Positions 33,459 to 46,195 of a DNA stretch of 64,000 bases are shown piece after piece. Made by a program: the position numbers and the translations under genes. A model generated the notes under the pieces. That model worked only from the letters and a program-made list of their open reading frames with translations. It was not told where the DNA came from and searched no databases. Each line of letters opens with the position of its first letter. Within the stretch, counting starts at the first letter, position 1. This stretch comes from Leucoraja erinacea. Lineage: Eukaryota. The stretch covers positions 32,984,001 through 33,048,000 of the forward strand of contig NC_073389.1 in the NCBI RefSeq assembly GCF_028641065.1, in the 5' to 3' direction.

Positions 33459-36351
33459 GTGACAGGAGACAGAATGTGTGAAGATAAAGCTTTAGATGTA
33501 AAAGGGGCAAAAACGGAAAGGAAGGGTAGTAAAAATCATCTGAAAGTGCTTTATCTAAATGCACGGAGTATTCGTAATAAGATAAATGAATTAACGGTGC
33601 AATTAAGTATATATAGTTATGATATCGTGGCCATTACGGAGACATGGCTGCAAGGGGATCAGGACTGGGAGTTAAATATAGAGGGGTACTCGACAATTAG
33701 GAAAGATAGACAGGAAAGAAAGGGAGGAGGGGTGGCCCTTTTAATAAGGGAGGGAATAACGGCAATAGAGAGGAAGGATATTGCGTTGAAGGATCAGGAT
33801 AGTGAAACAGCTTGGGTACAGATAGAGAATAATAAGGGGAAAAAAACACTAGTGGGTGTAATTTATAGACCTCCAAATAGCTGTGACGCTGTTAGTCAGA
33901 ACATAAATCTGCAAATAGTTGACGCATGTAAAAAGGGAACTGCTGTAATCATGGGGGACTTCAATTTTCATATTAATTGGGCAAACCAAACTGGGCAGGG
34001 TAGACTAGAGGAAGAGTTTATAGAAAGTATTAGAGACGGGTTCCTAGAACAGTATGTCACAGAACCGACAAGGGGGGAGGCAATCTTGGATCTGGTCCTG
34101 TGTAATGAAGCAGGATTAATTAAAAATGTCATAGTTAGGGACTCGTTGGGAACAAGTGACCACAATATGGTCGAATTCCATATTCAAATAGAAGGGGAGC
34201 AGGTTGAAACTCAGGCTAGGGTGCTTAGTCTAAATAAGGGGGATTATGAAGGTATGAGGACTGAGCTGATCAAAGTTGACTGGGATAGCAGACTCAAGAA
34301 TAAGACGGTACATGAGCAGTGGTGTACGTTTAAGGGTATACTGTATAACCTTCAAGAAAAATTTATTCCTATGAAGAAAAAAAGGGGTAAGGGTAAGAAC
34401 AGTCAGCCATGGCTCAGTAAAACTATAAAGGATAGTATTCGGCTGAAGGCAAGGGCATATAACGTAGCCAGAGATAGTGGGAGGGTAGAGGATTGGGAAG
34501 CATTTAAAGGTCAGCAAAAAATAACTAAGAGATTAATTAAGACGGGGAAAATAGACTATGAAAGGAATTTAGCGAACAACATAAAAACTAATAGTAAGAG
34601 TTTTTATAGCTATATAAAAAGAAAAAGGGTGGCTAAGGTGAACGTTGGTCCATTGGAGGGTGAGACTGGAGAGTTGTTGGTGGGGAACATGGAAATGGCA
34701 AAGGCATTAAACGAGTATTTTGTATCAGTCTTCACCATAGAAGACACAAAAAATATTCCAACGCTGGATAAACAGGGGGCGGTAGGAATGGAGGAGCTAA
34801 ATACTATTAAGATCACCAAGGAGGTGGTATTAGGGAAATTAATGAGACTGAAGGAGGATAAATCCCCTGGGCCTGATGGATTACATCCAAGGGTCTTGAG
34901 GGAGATAGCGGTGGGGATTGTGGATGCATTGGTGATAATTTTCCACAACTCCCTGGAGGCAGGAACGGTCCCAGTGGATTGGAAAATGGCCAATGTAACA
35001 CCTATATTTAAAAAAGGAAGTAAACAGAAGGCGGGTAACTATAGACCGGTTAGTCTAACATCGGTGGTGGGTAAAATGTTAGAGACAATTATTAAAGAAA
35101 CACTAACGGGGCACTTGGATAAAAATGACTTCATCGGACAGAACCAACATGGTTTTGTGAAGGGGAAGTCCTGTTTAACGAATCTGCTCGAATTCTTTGA
35201 GGAAGTAACAACCCGGGTGGATAAAGGGGAACCGGTGGATGTGGTATACTTGGACTTCCAAAAGGCTTTTGACAAGGTGCCACATAAGAGACTATTGCTA
35301 AAAATAAAAAAATTATGGGATTGGGGGTAATATATTAGCATGGGTAGAGGATTGGCTAACAAATAGGAAGCAGAGAGTGGGGATAAATGGTTCATACTCG
35401 GGATGGCAACCGGTAACTAGCGGGGTTCCGCAAGGGTCGGTGCTGGGACCCCAGTTGTTCACAATTTATATAAATGATTTGGAGGAGGGAACCAAGTGTA
35501 ATATATCAAAATTTGCGGACGATACAAAAATGGGAGGAAAAGTAGGGGATGAGGAGGATAGGAAGAGTCTGCAAAAGGATATAGATAAGCTAGGTGAGTG
35601 GGCAACAACTTGGCAGATGAAATTTAATACTAATAAATGTGAAGTCATTCACTTTGGGAAAAAAAATGATAGGGCAAGTTATTTTCTAAATGAGGAGGAG
35701 CTGCGTTGTAATGCAACGCAAAGGGATCTAGGGGTATTAGTACATGAATCACTGAAAGTTAGTATGCAGGTGCAGCAAGCAATCAGGAAGGCCAATGGAG
35801 TTCTGGCCTTTATTGCTAGGGGGATTGAGTATAAAAACACGGAGGTCTTGCTGCAGCTGTACACAGTATTAGTGAGACCACATTTGGAATACTGTGTACA
35901 GTTCTGGGGTCCATATTTAAGAAAGGATGTACTAGCCCTGGAGGCAGTGCAGCGAAGGTTTACAAGATTAATTCCTGCAATGAGGGGATTGACATATGAG
36001 GAAAGGTTAAGTAGGCTGGAACTCTACTCTTTGGAGTTTAGAAGAATGAGAGGCGATCTCATTGAAACATATAAGATCGTGAGGGGCCTTGATCGGGTGG
36101 ATGCACCGAGGATGTTCCCAATGATCGGGGAAACTAGAACTAGGGGACATAGTTGCAGAATAAGGGGGGGCTCTTTTAAAACTGAGATGAGGAAGAACTT
36201 CTTCACCCAGAGGGTGGTTAATTTATGGAATTCACTGCCCCAGGGAGCAGTGGAAGCAGAAACTTTAAATATATTTAAGACTAAAATAGATGGTTTTTTA
36301 GCTGCCAAGGGGATAAGGGGCTACGGGGAGAGGGCAGGGATATGGACCTAG
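33459..36351 (+). pseudogene. CR1 ORF2 (APE endonuclease plus RT) with a single +1 frameshift
   Basis: LNARS, ITETW, MGDFN, SDHN, KSPGPDG and FADDTK motifs; frames 33459-35330 and 35377-36351 join if one A is removed from the A7 run at 35306-35312. Confidence 0.9.
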
Positions 36352-36952
36352 GTATGGTTAGTATAGTAAGACCTGAGTGATCTCCTGGACAAGTGTCGAT
36401 CGCCTAGATTGGGGTCGGAGAGGAATTTCCCGGATTTTTTTCCCCGAATTGGACCTGGGTTTTTATCCGGTTTTTTTGCCTCCCCCAGGAGATCACGAGG
36501 TTCTTGGGGTGGAGAGGGGTGATAGCGGTATAAAGGGGAGGGTAGTGTCTTGTGTTCTGTGTCTTGTGTCTACTGTTTGTGGGTAAGTGTGTCTGTTTAG
36601 TGTTCAGCCATGAGCGAATGGCGGTGCGGGCTCGATGGACCTGGTGGTCTGCTCTCGCACCTACTTTCTATGTTTCTATGTTTCTATGTTTCTACGCTGT
36701 TTTGCATGGTGTGATTGTCCAAGGCTAACGTTTATCGTTTATTTCAAATTGCATTGAACGTGATGGTCAAGTTGATGCCACAAAATGTTGCAGTCCCACA
36801 GTGTTGAGTATGGACCTTCCCGAATTTTGCCCCAATGTATTTCAAAGACAGAATGGTGTGTGACTTGGGTAAGCTTTCAATGTGGTTATGTTCATATTGC
36901 TATCCTTGTATAGGTGGAGTTTATAGATGTGGAAGATAACACCAAATCTTGG

Positions 36953-37165
36953 GCAGACAAAAATGCTGGAGAAACTCAGCAGGTGAGGCAGCATCTAAAG
37001 AGCGAAGGAAATGGGCAACGTTTCGGGTTGAGACCTTCCTGAAGGGTCTCGATCCAAAACGTTGCCTGTTTCCTTCGCTCCATTGATGCTGCCTTAACTG
37101 CTGAGTTTCTCCTGCATTTTTGTCTCCCTTTGATTTTCCAGCATCTGCAGTTCCTTCTTAAACAC
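36953..37165. mobile_element. Penelope-derived inverted-pair element
   Basis: Inverted arms around a collapsed hammerhead region, then the shared ccagcatctgcagttcc end. Confidence 0.8.
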
Positions 37166-37349
37166 CAAATCTTGTGCAGATCACATCCTTAAATATGGAA
37201 CAAACTGCAGGCACATTATGCTGGCAATTGAGTGGCTAATTGCATAAAGTGGTGGATGCATCAAACAAGTTGTTTTGTTGGAGCTATATTCATCCAGGCA
37301 AGTAGTGAGTATTCTGCTAGCATGTTTTGTAGATGAACAAAAGGCCTTA

Positions 37350-37561
37350 AGGGCCTGTCCCACGACAATTTTTTTCGGCGACTAATGTATCAGGTCAACG
37401 AAAAAGTTGTGGCGATGACACGGCGTGATGACGTTTGCTGCGTGGTGTTTCTTCAAGTGTCGCAACATTTTTTAGTTGCTGCTGGATGTTGAAATGTTCA
37501 AAATCTTTCGGCAACCCTGATGTGTCAGTCACCGAAAAAATTGCCAAGTGGGACAGGCCCT
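37350..37561. mobile_element. PIF/Harbinger-type MITE
   Basis: TIR AGGGCCTGTCCCAC, 3-bp TTA duplication at 37347-37349 and 37562-37564. Confidence 0.8.
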
Positions 37562-37999
37562 TTAGGAGTCGGTCTGTGACCTATTCTTGTGGCTGCAGAA
37601 TTCAGATAGTTCAATGAAAATGAGTCAGTGGTGAATTCTAAAATGTTAGTAAGAGGATCGTCGATGTTAACACTGTTTAATGTCAGACTTTTTTTTTAGA
37701 TAATAATCATCATCTGTACTATATATGATTCTACTCCGTGAGTTTCTGGGTTAATCTTGTTTTCATTTAAAATTCTTATCTCCTTCTACCCCAAAAGAAG
37801 GATTTAGTCCATTCTTGTTGTCAGTGTGTTTGGATGTTCTACCTTTCTCTGAACCCTCTTCCTCTCCCGATAGAAAGGTTGAACTGTACCAGTTCCAACT
37901 ACAGGATGATGTAAACAAGGTCTGCTGATTGTTCATAAAATATGGATTATATATGGGACTTTAGTAAAGAATGTCTTGGCTTCATAACCTCAACTTCCA

Positions 38000-38249
38000 A
38001 GTTGTATTGAAAAAAACCTGCACTGCAGGCAGGCAGAGACACAGATAGTCTCCCCACCCCCCCTCTCCATCACCCCTCCCTCCCTCTCTCTCTTTCTCTG
38101 CCCTTCGAGATAGTTCAGGGATGGGGTAAAAGGAGCCAATGAATAATATTAATATCAAAGGGGGGTGGTTAGTGTGTGTGTGATGCCGCAGCCCCCCCCC
38201 CCAACCGCGTGTTGAGGGGATGGGACCCAACGGGTCCCCCTTGGTCTAG
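38000..38249 (+). mobile_element. Helitron 3' fragment
   Basis: gggaccc-aac-gggtccc hairpin then CTAG|T; homologous to 22590-22775. Confidence 0.75.
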
Positions 38250-38567
38250 TGCCTTCATATGTGTCTTGTTCCCTCTCCCCTTACAGTCTGAAGAAGGGTC
38301 TCAACCCAAAAAGTCATCTTTTCCTTTTCTCCGGATATGTTGCGTGACCCACTGAGTTACTCAAGTTTGTTATGTCTATCTTCACTTAGACACTGTTTTG
38401 TAAGGATGTTTCTAATGTTAGTTGTAAATATCCTTGCATTAGTGCACTTGGATCAATGACAACTGAAATTTAAAGGTGGAAATTTTGATTATTTGAAGAT
38501 TAGTGTTAATCCAACTTGTATATGTGTAGGCCCTTGGTTTGACATGCCAAATGCTTTTTTCATGCAG

Positions 38568-38702
38568 GATCCAGAGGATGAAGTCGTACCATTTAGACAC
38601 CAATCACGTGTCTGGTGCTGGTGTATGTGTCTTGGACTAGCTCTCATGTTGTCCGGTGTTGTGGTTGGTGGTGCATATCTCTACCGATATTTTATCGTAC
38701 AG
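38568..38702 (+). CDS. ITM2B: ITM2B coding exon 2 (transmembrane segment)
   Basis: DPEDEVVPFRHQSRVWCWCMCLGLALMLSGVVVGGAYLYRYFIVQ; AG/GT boundaries, 135 bp. Confidence 0.97.
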
Positions 38703-38821
38703 GTAGGAGAATGACTAAGGGGATTAATCTTTGTTTTTTACTCTGTACAAATGTGTATGATGCTGTTCATGAATGACTACTAGTATTGATTGCTTGACAA
38801 TTTGATGCACAAATTTGAGTA

Positions 38822-39206
38822 CAGGTTTTCCACCGTTTTGTTTTCATCTACCAACTGGTGGTTTGGCACTTCCTTTAATCCGGACAAAATTACGAGAGTG
38901 GACTTGATATCCCCCCCCGTTAGTCCCCGCCAAAAATGTGGCACCTAGGCTGGGTGAGGCAGCTGATCTTTACTTCATCGAGTTTGCCGCGGTGGTTTGG
39001 TAGGTTGAGTTTGCCCCCCTGCTGCTGGGGCACTGGAACTCTGTCACGGCCAGAGCTGGCAGATCCTTTTCCATACTCGACATTCGAGGCTGACTAGACG
39101 GACCATTCTGGTACCACTTCTGAGGCCATGACCTCTGTTGGTTCGGCAAAACGGATAATCCAGAAAGACTGGAACCAAGGGTGCTGAAAAATCGGTGGTG
39201 GACCTG
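38822..39206. mobile_element. Tc1/mariner-type MITE, relative of 17393-18188
   Basis: Ends cagg..ccacc / ggtggtggacctg; internal similarity in the opposite orientation. Confidence 0.7.
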
Positions 39207-39349
39207 CATTTTTTTTTCCTGAATGAATAAACTGATACAATAATAACTACTTTGTCTATACAAATGTACCTGTCATATAACACTTAGTCTATTGTTTGCA
39301 ACTTAAAGTTAGTAGCCTCAAAATATCAAGGCGTTCTTCAGCATCTATG

Positions 39350-40209
39350 TAGGTATGTTACAAAACCTACCTGAATCGTCATTGGGAATCTGCCCTCAGC
39401 CATGTCCGCGATTTTGGCGCTGTTTGGAGGGGGCGGGTTTAAAACGCGATTTTTACTAGGCTGTACTAATCGCACATGTTCAGCCTAGTAAATCATTAAC
39501 GAAAAATCGCTGCAAGACCCGGTCGCAAAAGGTATTATTAGTTTTATAGGCCTCGATAATATAGTTCTAATAGTTTTTAATTTACTGTCTCATTCCGCAA
39601 CCTCTCGCAGCCCCATGGTTTTATAAAGCAAACAATTAAAGGTATGTACCTTATTTTTACATTAAATGGGGCATATATATAACCCTGAATATCAAGTTAT
39701 CTATAGCGAGTAGTTCATTTTGGGCTTTTTATATCCCGCAGTATTTTTCTCGGCATTTGAGGCACTAATCCAGCGCGATGTCAACGTTCTAAACCAGCGC
39801 GTTCCACATGAACCCACTAGAAAGCCGATTTAAATGGGCATTTATTTACAGCAATTGAACACTAAATTCCTTCCATTTGGCCTATAAGTTAATGTAAATT
39901 AGATATAAAAATCATGTTATATTGCGAATTATTTGTGAATAATCTTTGGACACTTAGGCTATTTAAAAATGTTAATCTTTCCTTAAGAAATGGGCTTTTG
40001 ACTATCCAAGATCACAGCTTTTTTGTAATGTCCATTGAAAATCAATAGGGAACAAGATGCTAATTTCCGAGTATGAAAATGGTCATAACTTTTTTAATAC
40101 GAGATATGAAAGTGAATTTGGTGTCAAATTAAACTTATTGTTATGCTTTATCTGATGGGATAAATTGCAGACTTGAGTTTTTAAATCTCAAAATTTTGTA
40201 ACATTGCTA
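39350..40209. mobile_element. Non-autonomous TIR DNA transposon with 7-bp TSD
   Basis: TIR TAG..ATGTTACAAAA at both ends; atctatg duplicated at 39343-39349 and 40210-40216; inserted in a Penelope-derived fragment. Confidence 0.8.
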
Positions 40210-41001
40210 ATCTATGGAGGTGACGTTTCGGGTCGACCAGAAAGGTCACCTATTCCTTCGCTCTATAGACGCTGCCTCACCTGCTGAGTTTCTTCGTAAA
40301 CAAAGTAGTTCTTCAACTCGCATTACGGTGATGCATAGAGGGTGTGGCAAATATTTAAGACTGAGAAATGAGTTGGCAGGTTATGGTAGGCAAAATGAGG
40401 AAATGGTGTTCAAATCATGTACGAACAAGCAGGCAGAGATGTTAAAACAAAACCAGAAAATTCTAGAAATACTTGAGGCAGGCCACATCTTTGGGAAGTA
40501 AAACTGTGATCACCCAACCAAATGTAAATAATGCAATGGCTTTGTGCAGGCACGGAAATCGCTGTCAAAACATGGGGAGGGACAATATTTCTTGATGGCC
40601 GCACGCGCGCGAGGTTTCGGCCGTGGGCCCTAGGACTGGTAACATCGACAACTGACCTGGTTGGTGACCGTCTCCGAACTCCGGCAACAGCAGCTTCGTC
40701 CTCCCCGAATCGTGGGGCTTCAATCGGCGTGTTCGTGGGGGCTTCAACATCGGGAGCCTCGATCGCCTCGAAGCATCAATTTGACCGTGGGGCGGTGGAA
40801 GATCCCGAGGTCGATTTTAAGTTGCACAGGGCCGGGCGATTAAAGGCCCCGCGAACAGGCCGATTCAAGCTCCACTCCATGATCTTTACTCCGCCAGGAC
40901 GTCTCCCTCCTACATATCACCGCGATCTATTCTCAGTCCCACCACCCTACTTCCGCCTCTGACCGACACCTCCCACCTCCAATCATCTCGCTGAATCATC
41001 A

Positions 41002-41052
<51 letters not shown>

Positions 41053-41274
41053 ACTGCCTGCTGACTGATGTCTCTCTTGTCAAATCTGTACCCTTGATCA
41101 TCAGTCCCACCCCCACTGTCTCACCGAAAGTGGAGATTTTTAATAGATTTTTTTTTTCTCACAGTTTTAAAATCCAGTTTACAAAAAATGGGGAGTATCG
41201 TCCCCTGCTTCTCAAAACGGGGGGGGGGGGGGGGGGGGGAACATGTGCCCCCCCCCCCCCTGTTTTTCTCCCTG

Positions 41275-41640
41275 TCTTACTTTTGATGAAATTCAGCGAG
41301 CAAACGCGATAATTCCCGATATTTTGGATCTTTAAATCTCCACGGCAAATGTCTGCTAAGCACTTCCGCTGTTTTTCCACCTTCAGTTCCCTCTTGTAAT
41401 TATTACCTTACTTTCTATCTTTTTTTGCCTGAAAATTTAGGTTGCTATGCTTCACGGTCACCCCGACTAGCACAGAAAGTTTCAGCTCAAAAATCGGCCA
41501 TTTTCCATGTTTTTAATGGGTGTGAAAGTGCGTGTTTCCCCATTCACTAACATGTACCGAAATGACATATGTCCTCCAGTTAAATTTTTCGGTCACGTGA
41601 GGGGGGATCTACGCTCATTTGACCTTTGGTGAAATCACCC
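41275..41640. mobile_element. Single arm of the TATA-target palindromic transposon family
   Basis: Closely similar to 25690-26052; ends gaaatcaccc|tata. Confidence 0.85.
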
Positions 41641-42046
41641 TATACTTCTAACAATATTTTATTGTAGTCAAATGTTGCATGTTGCCTGTAGATAAATCAA
41701 TTTATTTACTGGAAACTGTCATGACCATCCATATTTGATGTTTAAAATGGATAATTGCCGTTCATTACTTTCATTTGGTCTATGCATATCTCTTCTGCAA
41801 CAGTTAATTTGTCGTGTTCATTTGGCGCAATTTAGGATGTGATAAATAGCAACAATGCTTACTACTGAAGTAACTCTGCTGTAACATTGTTACAGAGATT
41901 GAATTGGGGTTCTCTCAATTCTGTCAAGTGTTCTTATTATTTCCTGTTTATAGATGACTTCTTTCCTTTGCAGATAGATCCCACAATTTTAATAGGAATA
42001 TAATTGAAGTTTAATATTGGTTTTCTTGTGTTAATTTTTTTTCTAG

Positions 42047-42256
42047 GAAGGTGAAGTTTTCTTCTGTGGTCTCAAGTACAGTGATCCTAAAGACTATCTT
42101 GTCCCTGATATTGCTGCTGATTCACAAGTAGCTCCATACCAATCTATTGAAGAAAATATTTGCATTTTGGAGGATGATGAAGTTGAACTGATCAGTGTTC
42201 TTGTCCCAGACTTTGCTGATGGTGATCCAGCAGATATTGTTCATGATTTCCACAGG
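42047..42256 (+). CDS. ITM2B: ITM2B coding exon 3
   Basis: EGEVFFCGLKY...YQSIEENICILEDDEVELISVLVPDFADGDPADIVHDFHR; AG/GT boundaries, 210 bp. Confidence 0.97.
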
Positions 42257-42409
42257 GTATGCACTAATTGCTACATTTGAGCATTAAATTTTGTTTCGTT
42301 CACTTTTATATAGCTTTATTTTTCAACTATTTTAAATCAAACATTTTTTTACTCTATATTATAATGTGTATCTTTGCATGAGTTTATTAAAATAGATTTT
42401 CTTTCCTAG

Positions 42410-42565
<156 letters not shown>

Positions 42566-42601
42566 TAATGGCACAATGGGTCTAATGACAGTTTTTTAGA
42601 A

Positions 42602-42915
42602 TGTCTCATGGATTTAGTTCTCGATGACTGTGGATCAGATGGTAATCTATACGCACCCACGAGCTCTCCACGAGACAATCAATGCCGTCGAAAGATGAAT
42701 CTTCCAAAAACAGTCTCTTGATTAATAGTTTCTTTATTGTAGAACATTTCAATCGTGCTCGTGCATGGTCGAAAACTATTGTCTCTTCCCTGATCTTCTT
42801 CGAACTAAACTCCTTGGGAGTCTGCACGAGAATCCCATCTGCAGACTACGTATAAATCGCACCCACATAATTGCAGGCAGAAAAAATGTAAAGGTAACTG
42901 GTTATAGTTATAACA
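42602..42915 (-). mobile_element. Possible solo LTR
   Basis: TG...CA bounds, minus-strand AATAAA near 42733 and TATA-like site near 42850, CpG-richer than its flanks; no TSD found. Confidence 0.3.
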
Positions 42916-43547
42916 TACTGAGTTAAGCTAAATGGCTACTACAATAGGATAAAAGATGTGTTGTCTTGTTGCTAGTTCAGATGGAATCTGGAGATGCTTA
43001 AGTTTAGAAAGCATATACAAGCTTTTTTTCTTGAACGTGGCATGACTTTGGAATTGGACCGTGAACTTCCCCTCTGCTTCATGTGGTTTAGAAAAATCTT
43101 AATTTGAATAGTATTACAGCTACTAAAGTTAGAGCATGGACTATCAGCTCTTAAACTGTTTTTATGATTATCTTTCTGTGTAGATGGTAAGAGTAGATTG
43201 GTAAATTGAATATCTCTTGGAGAAAATGTATCCTCGAATGGGACTCGGAACAGTGATCTGTTGGCACAGGACCCGATGGCATAAGTTTTGGAATTCTTGA
43301 AAAAGGATGCATTAGTTGTGATATTCTAAAATTTCCTAGATTCTGAAATTATCCAGTTCACTTTTTTGGTCTGGATCCTTGTGTTGCCATTATTACTTAA
43401 TTTGCATGTTAATAATTTAATATTCATATTGCTGAACGTCACTCTGTTGTGTTTAGCTAAGGTCACTGGATGGTTGAGGGAATTAGTAATTTTGAGTATC
43501 AAGTGCCTAGCATACTAACTTTAAAATATCCTCAATTACTTGAACAG

Positions 43548-43698
43548 GCTGGCACCTATTTGCCCCAGTCTTACTTGATCCACGAAGAGATGGTGGTTAC
43601 TGATTATATTGAAAATGTGGATGAGCTTGGATTTTTTATTGCACGTCTTTGTCATGGGAAGAAGAGCTTCAAGCTTCAACGTAGAGATCTTGCAAAAG
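43548..43698 (+). CDS. ITM2B: ITM2B coding exon 5 (BRICHOS domain)
   Basis: AGTYLPQSYLIHEEMVVTDYIENVDELGFFIARLCHGKKSFKLQRRDLAK; AG/GT boundaries, 151 bp. Confidence 0.97.
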
Positions 43699-44029
43699 GT
43701 AACTTAATATATTTTGTGCAGTTTTGATGTAACAGTTTTTTTTAAACTCTACTCAATTTAACCGTATAAATTTAAAAGTATTAAATTGTATTATGTCCAT
43801 GTATGAAGTGTCTTTAAAAATTCAGTTATTGTCCAGTTACACTAACTTGTCTGTTTCGTCAGTTCCAATTGTGCATAATTAGTGGTCTTTTTTTTTAATG
43901 TAATAGATCCATTCTTGATTTTTGCACTACATATTCCAGATACAGGGATAGCACAATTGATTTCTCTCAACTCTCTTCCAGCACTTGATTTATTTATTAC
44001 AAGTACAAATTATTGTCTTTGCTATTTCA

Positions 44030-44530
44030 GATTTCTGGTTAATTGGGATCTCTTCCGGGGCAGGAGTGACCTGTATAAAAGGGACGGGTTGCACCTAAAC
44101 TGGAGGGGGGGCCAACACCCTAGCGGGAAGGTTTGCTAATGCTACACGGGAGGGTTTAAACTAGATGGGCGGGGGAGGGTGTGGTATCTCGTGCAGGACA
44201 GAGGCTAGAGTTGGTATGGAAGGTGGCGTGGGAAAGGTTAGTGGACAGAATAGGCAGGTGAAAGGGGGAGAGCGAGAAAGGAGGGTTGGTTTAAAGCGAG
44301 AGCGAGTAAGGAGGGTTGGGTTACTACAGACCCCTGAATAGTCAATGGGAATTAGGAGAACAAATGAGCCGAGAGATTGCAGACAGCTGCAGGTCAATTA
44401 AGGTTGTTGTAGTAGGGGGTTTTATCTTTCTCAATATAGAACGGGAAAATCATAGTGTGAAGGGTTTAGATAGGGTGCAATTTCTCAAAAGTGTTCAGGA
44501 GTTTTCTTAAGCAGCATGTGGAGGCCCCCA
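44030..44530 (+). mobile_element. CR1 remnant (ORF1 end and endonuclease pieces)
   Basis: WDLFRGRSDLYKRDGLHLN and YYRPLNS...VVVGGF motifs. Confidence 0.75.
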
Positions 44531-44674
44531 CATTTGTACATGGATTTTATTTGCGTGTTTAGCTAAATAATACATTTCCAATAAATTGTTTTTGCCCATT
44601 GTACGATGGTCTACATTGAATTGATCAGTTACCATTACCATATCCATAAGTTTCTTTTTGGTTTGCCCCTTAAG

Positions 44675-45270
44675 AGTAGTTGAGTATAGGAGCAAAGAGT
44701 TCCTTCTGCAGTTGTATAGGGCCCTAGTGAGACCACACCTGGAGTATTGTGTGCAGTTTTGGTCCCCTACTTTGAGGAAGGACATTATTGCTATTAAGGG
44801 AGTGCAGCGTAGGTTTGTAAGGTTAATTCCCGGGATGGCGGGACTGTCATATGCTGATAGAATGGAGCAGCTGAGCTTGTAAACTCTGGCGTTTAGAAGG
44901 ATGAGATGGGATCTTATTGAAACATATAAGATTATTAAGGGTTTGGACACGCGAGAGGCAGGAAATGTGTTCCTGTTGTTGGGGGAGTCCAGAACCAGGG
45001 GTCACTGTTTAAGAATATGGGGTAAGACATTTAGAATGGAGATGAGGAAACACTTTTTCACACAGTTGTGAGTCTGTGGAATTCTCTGCCTCGGAGGGCG
45101 GTGGAGGCCGGTTCTCTGGATACTTTCAAGAGAGCTAGATAGGGCTGTTAAAGATAGTCAGGGGATATGGGGAGAAGGCAGGAACGGGGTACTGATTGGG
45201 GATGATCACATTGAATGGCGTTGCAGGCTCGAAGGGCCGAATGGCCTACTCCTGCACCTATTGTCTGTTA
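44675..45270 (+). mobile_element. CR1 3' fragment
   Basis: LVRPHLEYCVQFWSP through to the 3' UTR ending cctattgtct. Confidence 0.9.
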
Positions 45271-45304
45271 ATTTGTGTAAATATTAGCTGGGGGAAATGT
45301 GACC

Positions 45305-45437
45305 CAACAAATGGTGGCGCGACTCACCCGTTGCAGCGGCCCCTACAGCCTGTCTGTCTTTTTTTTATTTTTTGTCTAGTTAAATGTAGTGTTTGGTGTT
45401 TTTTTAATAGTATTTTTAAATGTGTAAATGTGGGGGG

Positions 45438-45471
<34 letters not shown>

Positions 45472-46195
45472 AAACTGTTTAAATCTCTTCCCTGTCCGGG
45501 AGACCCGACTTTTTCCCTGTCGGGTCTCGGCTGTCGTTGGGGCCTAGCACCGTGGAGCGGCTCCAGCCTGAACGACCCGGGGGCTCGGGAGACTGCGGAG
45601 CTGCGGATCTGCGGACTCACCATCGTGGGGCTGGCCGGCCTCGGAGCGTGGGGAGCGGCGGTGACTCGCTGCTGCGACTCGACTCCTGGGGCTCGGAGGC
45701 TCCAGCAACGCAGCCGCAGGTCCGGTGAACTGGGACATCGGGAGCTCGTGGGTCTGGGAGGAGAGAGAGAGACCGCTTCCCGGAGCTCCCGCAACGCGAC
45801 TTCTCCAGCCGGTGTCACGGGGTTGGAACAACCCGGACCGGGACAGTACATCACCCGGCACGGCTTCATGGCCGTGGGACTCACCATCGCCCGTGGGGGT
45901 TCCAACCTTGGACTTTCAGACCGGGAGCGGGGCCGTAAATCGCCCCGCGCGGCCTAAAATGGCCGTGGGACTCATCATCGCCCGCCTGGGGCTTGGACAT
46001 CGGGAGAGACACGGAGAACAGGGGAGAGAAAAGACTTGCCTTCCATCACAGTGGCTTCACTGTGATGGATGTTTGTGTGAATTTAATTATGTGTATGTCT
46101 GTAAGACAGTGTCTTTGTTTGTATGGCTGTGGAAACAACATTTCGTTTGAGTCTCACTAGGGCTCAAATGATAATAAATTTGTATTGTATTGTAT
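45305..46195 (+). mobile_element. GC-rich non-autonomous retroposon with Rex1-like tail (second copy)
   Basis: cctacagcc motif, T-tract, G-tract, hairpin 45500-45528, tail tttcgtttgag...ctcaaatgataataaa then (ttgta)n. Confidence 0.7.

Larger units (their letters stand above)
32360..36694 (+). mobile_element. Near full-length CR1 LINE in ITM2B intron 1
   Basis: ORF1, ORF2, 3' UTR and (TTTCTATG)n tail at 36665-36694; 5' boundary approximate. Confidence 0.95.

Noticed and set aside
41004-41052. Long poly-C run, with poly-G runs near 41220 and 45440
   Set aside because: Homopolymers inside repeats with unreliable length; the poly-Pro and poly-Gly ORFs are artefacts.
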